A stretch of DNA of 64,000 bases from positions 159,295-223,294 of the forward strand of contig JAVZCO010000001.1 of the NCBI GenBank assembly GCA_038874355.1, given 5' to 3'. Below are positions 19,119 through 27,471 of this stretch, one piece after another (within the stretch, counting starts at the first letter, position 1; every line of letters begins with the position of its first letter). The notes beneath the pieces are model-generated. The model worked only from the letters and a program-made list of their open reading frames with translations, searched no databases and had not been told where the DNA came from. This DNA is from Candidatus Pacearchaeota archaeon. GTDB lineage: Archaea; Nanobdellota; Nanobdellia; Pacearchaeales; GW2011-AR1. A program made the position numbers and the translations under genes.

Positions 19119-19240
19119 TTTATAATATTTGAAAATATTTTTTTTATTGCAAAAAAAGCGATCCCAAATAAGATTATCCATAATAATATAATCAATATTT
19201 TTTTTAATCCTTGACTTTCTTCTTCTGCTCTTTTTTTCAT
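19115..19240 (-). CDS. 41-aa single-TM mini-protein (below the ORF-track cutoff)
   Basis: My own translation: MKKRAEEESQGLKKILIILLWIILFGIAFFAIKKIFSNIIK. Its stop overlaps the next ATG (ATGA). A TATA-like box lies about 28 nt upstream. Confidence 0.35.
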   Translation of the reverse strand: MKKRAEEESQGLKKILIILLWIILFGIAFFAIKKIFSNIIK

Positions 19241-19261
19241 TAGATCATTAAATTTTTTAAT

Positions 19262-19275
19262 ATTATAAATTTATC
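19262..19275 (-). promoter_or_regulatory. TATA-like box for the mini-ORF/hydrolase transcription unit
   Basis: The minus strand reads GATAAATTTATAAT, centred about 28 nt upstream of the ATG at 19240. Confidence 0.4.
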
Positions 19276-19357
19276 TTTTTATCTTATTATTTAATAAGAA
19301 AGTTATAAAATAAATTAAATAAACTTAATAAATTAGAAATAATTTTTATAATTTAGA

Positions 19358-21526
19358 TTATCCTAAATTCATCGCTGAAAGTGCAAATGAAGACAATAAT
19401 GATAAAATTAATATCGCCATAAAAGCTATAATAAAATACATTATTATTCCTCTTTTTAAATTCTTTCCAGTTTCATTAACAATTCTTAACTTATCATATC
19501 CATTTTCTATTGTTACTAAAGAATATGACAAAATAAAAGTAATTTCAATAATATATATTCCTATTACTATTTGTAAAAAATAAGGTGGAATCATAGCTTG
19601 TAAATTAAATATACTTAAGATATTTCCAAACCCTCCAATTGCTTCAGAAACTTCTTCGGCTCCTATGCCAGAAATTGAAATATTTAATTTTGTTAATATA
19701 TTTGTTATCATTCCTGTTAGCCCAATAATAATTCCTGCTAATAATGGTGCTAAAAATGTCATATTACTTCTCATGTCACTTGTTATTTCTGCTAATAAAT
19801 CCTTTAATCTTTCTTCTATTTTTTTTACATTTTTTGTATACTCACTTATAGACATTAATGAAGAGGCTGCTATTTTTAATCCTTTTTTTACAGATTCTAT
19901 TAAAATCATCATAGATGTTGCGATTAAAGCTGATGGATAATAAATTATAGCACCCCTTCTTTTATTAAATATGGCTTCTTCTAAATTCATACCTAACTGA
20001 TGCATATTTTGATTTACTATATTAAAAAATCCTTCTGTTGTTTGTCCTTTAACTGATTTAGCAACGTGTGAAAAAGCAATTTCTGCCGGCATTCCATCTC
20101 CTAATCTATTACCTAACTGGAATAAAGAAGAAGCAAATTCATCTTCTAATTTTTTACTTTTCTCTTTTGCAATAATTAAATCTTTTGTTTTTCTATTATA
20201 AGCAAAAGAAAAAAATATCCCTATTGATAAAGGAATAAATAAACTTAAAATTAAAGCGATAATACCAAATGGTCCTGTTTTTGTTTTCCCAACATTTTTA
20301 AAATCAAAAATCTTTAGATCTTCAAATCCAACTAACCTAAAACCAATTTCTCTAAAAGTGTAATCATTTTTTAAACCTAAATTATTAATAAAATTAGTTT
20401 GAAAAATAAATGGTAAAAAACCAATCATTAACAGAGGAAGAATAAGGAAAAAAGAAATTAGAAAAGGTTTTTTATCTATAAATTTTTTATAATCTTTATT
20501 TAATTCTAAAAGTTCTGTTTCTCCATAGCCACCTGGTCTTTTATAAAGAATTTCATTAGACATAAAAAAAACAAAAAAAGGAACTATAACATTAAAAATA
20601 AAAAACACATGATACCATTTTATTATTCCTGCTAACATAGTAGAAGCTAAAGGTAGCAAAGCAATTGCTAATGTAGGAAGTATTATACCTAACATATAAA
20701 TATTTGTTAAAGGACTTCTAATATCTCTACTATACTTCAACATTTTATCATAAATACCATCTAAAACAACTTGTAGAGCTTTTTCTAAAATAGTAATTCT
20801 TCTTGTTTCTTCTATCTCATATAGACTTGATTCAATTAAATGAAAAGCTTCTACAAATTCTATATTATCATCTTTCCAGGTTTCTAAATAAGCTTCTAAA
20901 CTTTCCTTAAGATTAGAATATTTTCCTATTTCAACATCCCAAAAAACTTTTTTTAAATCTAAAGATAAAGGAGGTTGTAAATGTTTAGCTGCGAAAGAAA
21001 TTGCTCTTTCTAAATTACTTGTATGTTTCATATAAGCAATTATGTACAAAATACATGGAACCATTTGAGAAGAAGTTTTTAATCTTCTTTGATTTGCTAA
21101 TCTATTTGGAGTTGTATAAAAATAATAAAACAAAAATATAGAAAAAAGTAAAAAGAAAAATAATAAAATAAATGGAAAGACATCTGTTAATAAAAAAATC
21201 AAAATGCTTAATAAAGTACCGAAAAAAAAAGTTAAAAATAAAGAGACAACAGATAAAGAAGCAACTTGTTCTGGTGTTATGTCTAATCTTGCTTTTTCTA
21301 TTTCTTTTTTTATTTTTTCATAATCTTTTTTTGAAGGTTTAATTTTGACACTATTACCAATTCCTTTACAAAGTTTCTCAAACCAATTTAATTCATAATA
21401 CATCTCTTCTTTAAATTTTTTGTAATCTCTACTAAAATCCTTATAAGGTATAATATCTGATCTTATCTCTTTTTCTATTTTTGCTCCATATTTTTTTAAT
21501 ATATCCTCTACCTTTATTTTTTCCAT
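19358..21526 (-). CDS. polytopic pilus/archaellum platform protein (FlaJ/TadC/PilC-like)
   Basis: About 720 aa with many TM helices arranged in two halves, immediately downstream of the secretion ATPase. Start revised from GTG at 21532 to ATG at 21526, which is preceded by the SD-like AGAGGTGA. Confidence 0.65.
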   Translation of the reverse strand: MEKIKVEDILKKYGAKIEKEIRSDIIPYKDFSRDYKKFKEEMYYELNWFEKLCKGIGNSVKIKPSKKDYEKIKKEIEKARLDITPEQVASLSVVSLFLTFFFGTLLSILIFLLTDVFPFILLFFFLLFSIFLFYYFYTTPNRLANQRRLKTSSQMVPCILYIIAYMKHTSNLERAISFAAKHLQPPLSLDLKKVFWDVEIGKYSNLKESLEAYLETWKDDNIEFVEAFHLIESSLYEIEETRRITILEKALQVVLDGIYDKMLKYSRDIRSPLTNIYMLGIILPTLAIALLPLASTMLAGIIKWYHVFFIFNVIVPFFVFFMSNEILYKRPGGYGETELLELNKDYKKFIDKKPFLISFFLILPLLMIGFLPFIFQTNFINNLGLKNDYTFREIGFRLVGFEDLKIFDFKNVGKTKTGPFGIIALILSLFIPLSIGIFFSFAYNRKTKDLIIAKEKSKKLEDEFASSLFQLGNRLGDGMPAEIAFSHVAKSVKGQTTEGFFNIVNQNMHQLGMNLEEAIFNKRRGAIIYYPSALIATSMMILIESVKKGLKIAASSLMSISEYTKNVKKIEERLKDLLAEITSDMRSNMTFLAPLLAGIIIGLTGMITNILTKLNISISGIGAEEVSEAIGGFGNILSIFNLQAMIPPYFLQIVIGIYIIEITFILSYSLVTIENGYDKLRIVNETGKNLKRGIIMYFIIAFMAILILSLLSSFALSAMNLG

Positions 21527-21554
21527 TTTCACCTCTTTTTTTATTTAATTTTAT

Positions 21555-23837
21555 TTATTTTTTCATTTTTTTAATTTCTTTTTTCATCCATTCTTTAACT
21601 AAAGGTAAGACTCTTTTTGATTCTGGTAATCCTATTTCTTCTTTTATTTTTTCTGAAATTTCATGAAAAATTGTATTACATTTAAAATTAAATTCTGCTT
21701 CTAATAAATCTTGTATAGAAGTTTTTTTATACATATTTAATATTTCTTCTTTTATTTTTGCCCTTAATAAAATATTATCATAAACCGCATCCCAATTTCC
21801 TGCCCATCCCTTAACATTAGCCGCTATACTTTTTATTATTTCTGAATCACCATTTATTAATTCGTCTGTAGCTTGTAATTCGTCTTTATCTGGGTTATAT
21901 TTAAATAAATCTACAAAACCTTTTTCTTCTAACGGATCTTTAATCCAATGTTTTCTAACCTCACTTATTTGTGTTATTCTTCTCCAAGACCTTATTCCAG
22001 AAGGAGATTTAATTAAATTAGCCACAACTATTAAATCCGTTGCTTTAAAACTTGTTACAGGAACTTGTAGATCATTAACTACTCTATCAAAAACTCCATA
22101 AGGAGAAGCTCCATGAATTGTTCCTGCAACTACATTTGCTAAAGCACCAACTCTCATAGCTTCATATAATGCTTTTGCTTCTATGCTTCTTACCTCTCCA
22201 ACTATTAAACAAGAATCTCCTAATCTTAAACTAGTTCTTATTCCTTCATCTGCTGCAACCTCATTACTAGATTGTAATAAAGCTGATCTAACTTTCATTC
22301 TTAAAATATCGTACCCTAATTTTCTTAATGAATCTACAGGTAATTCTAAAGTATCTTCAACAACAATAATTCTGTATTTAGGTACTATTTCAAGCATTAA
22401 ACTACCTAACAAAGAAGTTTTTCCTGCGCTTCTAGTTCCTGCTACAAGTAAAGTTCTTGCCCCATCAATACAAAAACTTAATAATCCGGCTGATAAAGAA
22501 TTTATCATTTTGTTTTTCATAAATAATGTTAAAGTCCATGGTTTGTCTCTATGCCTTCTTATAGAATATGCTAATCCATATGGTGATAAAGGTTGTTGTA
22601 TAACAGCTATTCTAGCTCTAGTTTCTCCTAAAAGTAATTCTGTATCTAATATAGGATTTGCTTCATCTAATGGTCTGCCAGATAGCATTCTAAATTTTGC
22701 TGCCCAGCTATCTGCATCTTCTTGGCTAGGAATTATATTTGTTAAACATTCGTCATATTCTTGATGCCTAACAAAAATATTATTTTGAGATATAGGAGCA
22801 TTTAAAACAATATCTTGCAAATTTTCATCTTGTAAAAGAACTTCTATTAAACCAAAACCTATAGTATGTCTTATTAATATCTTCGCTAATTTATTTAATT
22901 CCAGATAACTTAAATTTATATTTTTAGAATTAGCTAATTCCTGAATTAAATCTTTAGCAATATTAAAAAAAGTTTGTCTTGTTCTTTCTAAATCAATAAA
23001 TTCTTCTGCTTTTGGTTGATGCTCAATTAAAACGTTTCTAGCTAAATTTAAAAGCATTTGATGATCTTCATTAAGAATATATTCTGGAGGTGTTATATGA
23101 TAAATGTATTTTGGTTCGTTTATTTTTTTTAATATTGTAACATGAGCTTTATCTTTTTCTTCTCCTATTTCATATTCATCTATTATTTCTGCATCTTCTG
23201 GAAGTTTTAAGATTAGTCTTGTAAATGTAAAATTTGGTATTATTTCTGGTCTAAAGAATCTTTTATATATCTCCCTATTATTAAAAGAATATTCTTCTAT
23301 ATATTTTTGTGCCTCTTTTATTAAATTTGTTCCTTCTAAAAGAAGAGTTATTTTTTCTAATAATCTTATATAATTCATCAAACAAAATTTACATTGATAT
23401 GTTTTTTCTAAATTATTTCTTTGTTCTGACAGGATTTTTTTAATAAAAATATAAGCTCCTATTGGATCTTGTTTTAATAAATTAATAAAATTATTAACTA
23501 CATCATATCTTTTTCCTAAACATTGCTGACAATTAAGAACTAATCTTCCTGGAGATAAAATCCTTTCTTGTTTTACTAAATGTATATAGATTCTTGCTAT
23601 CTCATTTAATAAGGATATTTGATTAAAATCATAAACATAGTTTCTTTGTTGAACAAAAACTATTCTTGAAATTTTTGGATTTTCTATTAATAAACTTATT
23701 GCTTTTTCCATAGACTCTTTATTTTCAGAAATATTTGGAATAAGAGAAGAACCCATATAGTTTACATAAGCTACATCTATTCCAGTCTCTCTTACAATTT
23801 CATAAGAATATAACGGAGTACCTTTTTTAAATAACAT
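21555..23837 (-). CDS. type II/IV secretion-family ATPase (FlaI/PilB/VirB11-like)
   Basis: Walker A GTRSAGKTS, Asp box VVEDTLEL, Walker B CLIVGEVR, His box AGTIHGASP. Start revised from TTG at 23852 to ATG at 23837, which has a TATA-like box about 25 nt upstream. Confidence 0.9.
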   Translation of the reverse strand: MLFKKGTPLYSYEIVRETGIDVAYVNYMGSSLIPNISENKESMEKAISLLIENPKISRIVFVQQRNYVYDFNQISLLNEIARIYIHLVKQERILSPGRLVLNCQQCLGKRYDVVNNFINLLKQDPIGAYIFIKKILSEQRNNLEKTYQCKFCLMNYIRLLEKITLLLEGTNLIKEAQKYIEEYSFNNREIYKRFFRPEIIPNFTFTRLILKLPEDAEIIDEYEIGEEKDKAHVTILKKINEPKYIYHITPPEYILNEDHQMLLNLARNVLIEHQPKAEEFIDLERTRQTFFNIAKDLIQELANSKNINLSYLELNKLAKILIRHTIGFGLIEVLLQDENLQDIVLNAPISQNNIFVRHQEYDECLTNIIPSQEDADSWAAKFRMLSGRPLDEANPILDTELLLGETRARIAVIQQPLSPYGLAYSIRRHRDKPWTLTLFMKNKMINSLSAGLLSFCIDGARTLLVAGTRSAGKTSLLGSLMLEIVPKYRIIVVEDTLELPVDSLRKLGYDILRMKVRSALLQSSNEVAADEGIRTSLRLGDSCLIVGEVRSIEAKALYEAMRVGALANVVAGTIHGASPYGVFDRVVNDLQVPVTSFKATDLIVVANLIKSPSGIRSWRRITQISEVRKHWIKDPLEEKGFVDLFKYNPDKDELQATDELINGDSEIIKSIAANVKGWAGNWDAVYDNILLRAKIKEEILNMYKKTSIQDLLEAEFNFKCNTIFHEISEKIKEEIGLPESKRVLPLVKEWMKKEIKKMKK

Positions 23838-24068
23838 CTTAATTTTTAACAATTTTTTTATAAAAAAATAAGAAAATTGAGTATTAAATATCTTTCTAAA
23901 TTTATACTTATTAGATAAAATTTTTATATTTAAGACATCTTATATTTAAAAAAATTTTATCATCTTATAAATTGAAATTTATTTTGATTAAATAAAATGA
24001 AAAGAATTTAAAAGATAAATATTTTAAACCCATTTGTATATTATACTTTTATAAAAGGGGATTAAAAA

Positions 24069-24392
24069 ATGGAAGAAAAGACTAATAATTTTATAACTTC
24101 TATAATTTCTGATTTTAACTTAAGAATATCTGATATAGAAGAAAAGCAAAGATTATTAAGAGATAGAATTATATTAGTAGGTAAAAATATTATTGAATTA
24201 AGAGAAGAACAATCAAAAGAAATGACCGAAATAAAATTAAGATTAGAAGAAATAGAAAAATCTGTAGAAAAAATAAAATCTGCTTTGCTAACATTAAGTA
24301 ATGAATTAGAAAAAAAAGCTAGAAAATCTGAACTTGAAATAATAAAAAAGCAAATAAAAATGTTTGAGCCTTTAAAATCAAAAGAAGAATAA
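24069..24392 (+). CDS. coiled-coil protein, hypothetical
   Basis: Heptad-rich K/E/L sequence. Preferred over the antisense S/F/I-rich ORF 24062-24400. Its C-terminal half resembles that of the next gene. Confidence 0.5.
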   Translation: MEEKTNNFITSIISDFNLRISDIEEKQRLLRDRIILVGKNIIELREEQSKEMTEIKLRLEEIEKSVEKIKSALLTLSNELEKKARKSELEIIKKQIKMFEPLKSKEE

Positions 24393-24393
24393 A

Positions 24394-25101
24394 ATGACAA
24401 TAATAGATCAAATAAAAAAAATGAGAGAAAATGGGATGACAGAAATGGATATTATAAAAAAATTACAAGAAGCGGGTTATTCTCCATTAGAAATAAATCA
24501 AGCTATAGAGCAATCTAAAATAAAAGCAGCAATTTCTGATTTAAATTCAGATTTACCTCAAGAAGATAATTTTGATACAGAATTGATAAAAAATATGCAA
24601 CAAAGTATAATGGAGCAATCAAATGAAAATAATTTACCTCTTTTACCACAACCGGATCAGCAATTACAAATTTCAGAAAATATCCCAGAAGAACAATATG
24701 AACAACAATATCCTATAGAATCTATACAACAACAAGAATACTATCCTCCTCAAAACTATTATCAAGAGCAATATCCTATTTACCAGCCATCTTATAACGA
24801 AAATGTTAATGAAATAATAGATCAGATAGTAGAGGAAAAAATAAACAAAACCAGAAAAAAAGTTATAGAATTAAATTCTTTTAAAATACTAGTTGAAAAA
24901 AAAATAAGAAATATAGATGTAAGGTTAAGAAAAATAGAAAATTTTATTCAGGAATTAGAAATAAAAATTCTTGGCAAAGTAAGTAGTTATGGGGAAAATT
25001 TACAAGACATCAAAAAAGAAATGGAAATGATGCAAGATTCTTTCAGTAGTGTTTTGGAAAGTATCAAAAATTCTTTAGGTAAGGAAAAGAAGAAGAAATA
25101 G
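24394..25101 (+). CDS. hypothetical protein: small helical N-domain, Q/P/Y-rich linker, C-terminal coiled coil
   Basis: N-terminus QIKKMRENGMTEMDIIKKLQEAGYSPLEINQAIEQ, then a Q-rich low-complexity stretch, then a coiled coil. 2-nt gap to the upstream gene. Confidence 0.55.
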   Translation: MTIIDQIKKMRENGMTEMDIIKKLQEAGYSPLEINQAIEQSKIKAAISDLNSDLPQEDNFDTELIKNMQQSIMEQSNENNLPLLPQPDQQLQISENIPEEQYEQQYPIESIQQQEYYPPQNYYQEQYPIYQPSYNENVNEIIDQIVEEKINKTRKKVIELNSFKILVEKKIRNIDVRLRKIENFIQELEIKILGKVSSYGENLQDIKKEMEMMQDSFSSVLESIKNSLGKEKKKK

Positions 25102-25102
25102 A

Positions 25103-25579
25103 TTATTTTTTTGTTAAAATCCAAGAGACTACCACTACTACTATAACTAAAATTATAAAATCAAAAATTTTTGTATTTTCACTTATTGTTGATTTAAGTT
25201 TATCTAAAAACATAAAATTAGAAAAGACCATATTTGCTGAAATTAAAAAAATTATTATTAAAACTATAACTATAAACCAAACAATAGATGGTTTAAAAAC
25301 AATTTCTGCTTTTTGTTGACTCATTCCTATAACTAAGAGTATAAAAAATATACAGATAACAAAAACAACTACCCATGGAGTTATAGTTTGAATATATTCT
25401 TTCGGCTTTGTTGTTGTTGAAAATATAATTGATATGATAAAACTAATTAAAAGATGGGCAAACTTATTTTCTCCAACAATTTTTATTTTTTCTAATATAA
25501 GAAAGATTATTATAAAAACAAATAGAAACATAAATAAAGGCATAAAATATTCAGCAAAGGAAATTTCAAATACCATCAT
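25103..25579 (-). CDS. 4-TM membrane protein, paralog family member 1
   Basis: Shares the pattern F..(L/M)P(L/F)...F....IL......G/F.E.K....L with the next two genes. Confidence 0.5.
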   Translation of the reverse strand: MMVFEISFAEYFMPLFMFLFVFIIIFLILEKIKIVGENKFAHLLISFIISIIFSTTTKPKEYIQTITPWVVVFVICIFFILLVIGMSQQKAEIVFKPSIVWFIVIVLIIIFLISANMVFSNFMFLDKLKSTISENTKIFDFIILVIVVVVVSWILTKK

Positions 25580-25636
25580 ATAAGATAATTTTTTTTTATT
25601 TAAAAGTTTTTTGTTTTCAAAAATATCTTAAATTAA

Positions 25637-25698
25637 TTGTAAGGCAACATTCCTCTTATTGTTCTTTTCATTATTTTTTCTGCACTAGAAGGAAAAGA
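25637..25698 (-). pseudogene. intergenic fragment of the ribosomal protein L13 gene
   Basis: 38 nt identical, and about 58 of 62 nt overall, to 60000-60060 inside rpl13. Would encode ...EKIMKRTIRGMLPY. Confidence 0.6.
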
Positions 25699-25704
25699 AC
25701 ATTT

Positions 25705-26223
25705 TTATTTTTCATCTTTTTTTCTAATAACAAGAACAATAGCAAAAATTAATATACCAGCAACAAGAGTAACAGCTCCATATCTTTCCCACCAAGATTC
25801 AAATTCAGAATAACCCATATAACCTGTATCTCTAAAAGCATTTATTATAACAATTAGAAATATTACACCACCTATAATTAAAAATAAAGATTTTTGCCAT
25901 TTGCTCCCTGTTTCAACAAAAGCTCCCAATAAAATTAAAGCAACTATTAAAACTCCAAGGCCTTTTCCTAAGTAAGGAAATAATTTAGAAAAAAAGATTG
26001 GAACTGCATCATATAACAAAGATAATAAACCTATAGCTAAAGATATAATTAAAGCAGCTCCTTTATTTTCTTTAAATAAGGACAAATTTGATAATATAGT
26101 GTATACTAAAGCAAATATTAATAAAAATGGCAAAACATAAGAGAAAAATCCTAAATCTGCTAAATCATTTAAAACATCTGCAATAGATGTGCTACCTGCC
26201 CATTGCAATAAGATTCCTAACAT
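25705..26223 (-). CDS. 4-TM membrane protein, paralog family member 2
   Basis: FFSYVLPFLLIFALVYTILSNLSLFKENKGAALIISLAIGLL. Confidence 0.55.
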   Translation of the reverse strand: MLGILLQWAGSTSIADVLNDLADLGFFSYVLPFLLIFALVYTILSNLSLFKENKGAALIISLAIGLLSLLYDAVPIFFSKLFPYLGKGLGVLIVALILLGAFVETGSKWQKSLFLIIGGVIFLIVIINAFRDTGYMGYSEFESWWERYGAVTLVAGILIFAIVLVIRKKDEK

Positions 26224-26433
26224 ATTCCAAATAATATTTTTTAATTTAAATATCTTTCGTTTATTAGTTTTGTAAATTTAAGAATTTATTTTTCATTTAT
26301 TTTTTTAATCTTATTTTATTAATAAATTAGTAATTATCTTTAATTTAAAGTATTAAAGGAATAAATTTATATTCTATTTTTTCTCAAGAAAGATTTTCTA
26401 TTTTAAATTTTATACCAAGAAATGTTTTTTATT

Positions 26434-26925
26434 TCATTCCTTTCCTTTCATTTTCCAAACACTTATCATAGCAACAATTATTGCTATAATGAAAATAAGA
26501 TTTGTTAAAACTTTTTTCCCTTTTTCTTTACTAAAAAAATCTATAAAATTATCCCAGCTATTTGTTATTTTTAATAAACTTATAGCAACAACAATTATTG
26601 AAATAAAAACAATAACAGAAATAGCACCTCTTGGTAATTTTATTTCTTTTTCTTGCTTTGCAAAACCATAAATTATTAAAAAAACTAATAAAATAACAAC
26701 CATAACAGCTAAAATTGGCATTAATTTTACTACAATAATTCTAGATTCAGGAAAAGATACTAATAATAAACCAATTACTAAACCTACCAAAGCATTTACT
26801 TGTTTTTTTCCCTCACCTAGAATATTTGATCTATCTAGTATAGCAAAAACAACAGAAAAAACAAGTATAAAAGGTAGAATAAAATCTTGAAAAATAGGGG
26901 AACTTAAAATTGTTTCTGATGCCAT
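26434..26925 (-). CDS. 4-TM membrane protein, paralog family member 3
   Basis: FQDFILPFILVFSVVFAILDRSNILGEGKKQVNALVGLVIGLL. Confidence 0.55.
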   Translation of the reverse strand: MASETILSSPIFQDFILPFILVFSVVFAILDRSNILGEGKKQVNALVGLVIGLLLVSFPESRIIVVKLMPILAVMVVILLVFLIIYGFAKQEKEIKLPRGAISVIVFISIIVVAISLLKITNSWDNFIDFFSKEKGKKVLTNLIFIIAIIVAMISVWKMKGKE

Positions 26926-26951
26926 TATTTAGATTAAAAAGATTTTATTTT

Positions 26952-27239
26952 TTAATAGGTTTCTGATAATTCTTCATTAGATGGTATGTCTATTTCTTCT
27001 CTTATAGGTAATACTGTTTTACTCATAACAAAAACATCTCCAATTGACTTAACAAAACTATGAGGTGCTATCAAACCTCTTGCTCCTCCAATCATCCTTG
27101 AAATTTGGCTGTTAACTCTAACTTTCCACCCATCAATTTTATTATCTACTAAATTTGCTTCTTCTATTTGGCCAATAAAATCTCCTGCATCAGTAAATAC
27201 ATTCTTTCCTAAAACTTCTGAAATTCTTTTTATTTTCAT
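26952..27239 (-). CDS. PRC-barrel domain protein
   Basis: 95 aa. ISEVLGKNVFTDAGDFIGQIEEANLVDNKIDGWKV is a typical PRC-barrel N-terminal pattern. Confidence 0.65.
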   Translation of the reverse strand: MKIKRISEVLGKNVFTDAGDFIGQIEEANLVDNKIDGWKVRVNSQISRMIGGARGLIAPHSFVKSIGDVFVMSKTVLPIREEIDIPSNEELSETY

Positions 27240-27436
27240 TTTATATCTATTTAATTTTATATAATCCTAGTTTATATAGTTTTCTATTCTGAGTTTTTAA
27301 ATTTATTGTTTTTCTTTTTTATTTTTTCGGTATTTATTATAATAATGTTTTTTATTAATTTATAATTTTTTATTTTAAGATTTTTTTCTATTTATTATTT
27401 CTTATTATTTAATATTACAGTTTATATTTTTTAAAG

Positions 27437-27449
27437 AAAAGATTTATAA
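27437..27449 (+). promoter_or_regulatory. BRE/TATA-like box
   Basis: AAAAGATTTATAA centred about 27 nt upstream of the ATG at 27472. Confidence 0.5.
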
Positions 27450-27471
27450 GAAATAAATTATTAATTGAATT

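Noticed and set aside
22183-22764. 193-aa plus-strand ORF inside the secretion ATPase gene. Similar antisense ORFs in the track: 5524-5706, 5929-6258, 6805-6993, 19665-19940, 21481-21666, 26489-26671, 30476-30745, 31345-31542, 33288-33503, 34006-34215, 35028-35216, 36499-36684, 36792-37052, 38983-39165, 39500-39907, 40426-40635, 41137-41442, 42033-42230, 42367-42597, 46344-46586, 46623-46859, 51442-51627, 51654-52034, 52995-53198, 53011-53193, 53250-53495, 55538-55723, 61624-61866, 63447-63773.
   Set aside because: All lie antisense to, or out of frame within, genes that have clear family motifs. Their products are F/L/I/S-rich low-complexity strings, typical of shadow ORFs in AT-rich DNA.
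24062-24400. 112-aa minus-strand ORF overlapping 24069-24392.
   Set aside because: The product is S/F/I-rich and low-complexity. The plus-strand alternative is a well-formed coiled coil that abuts the next plus-strand gene.
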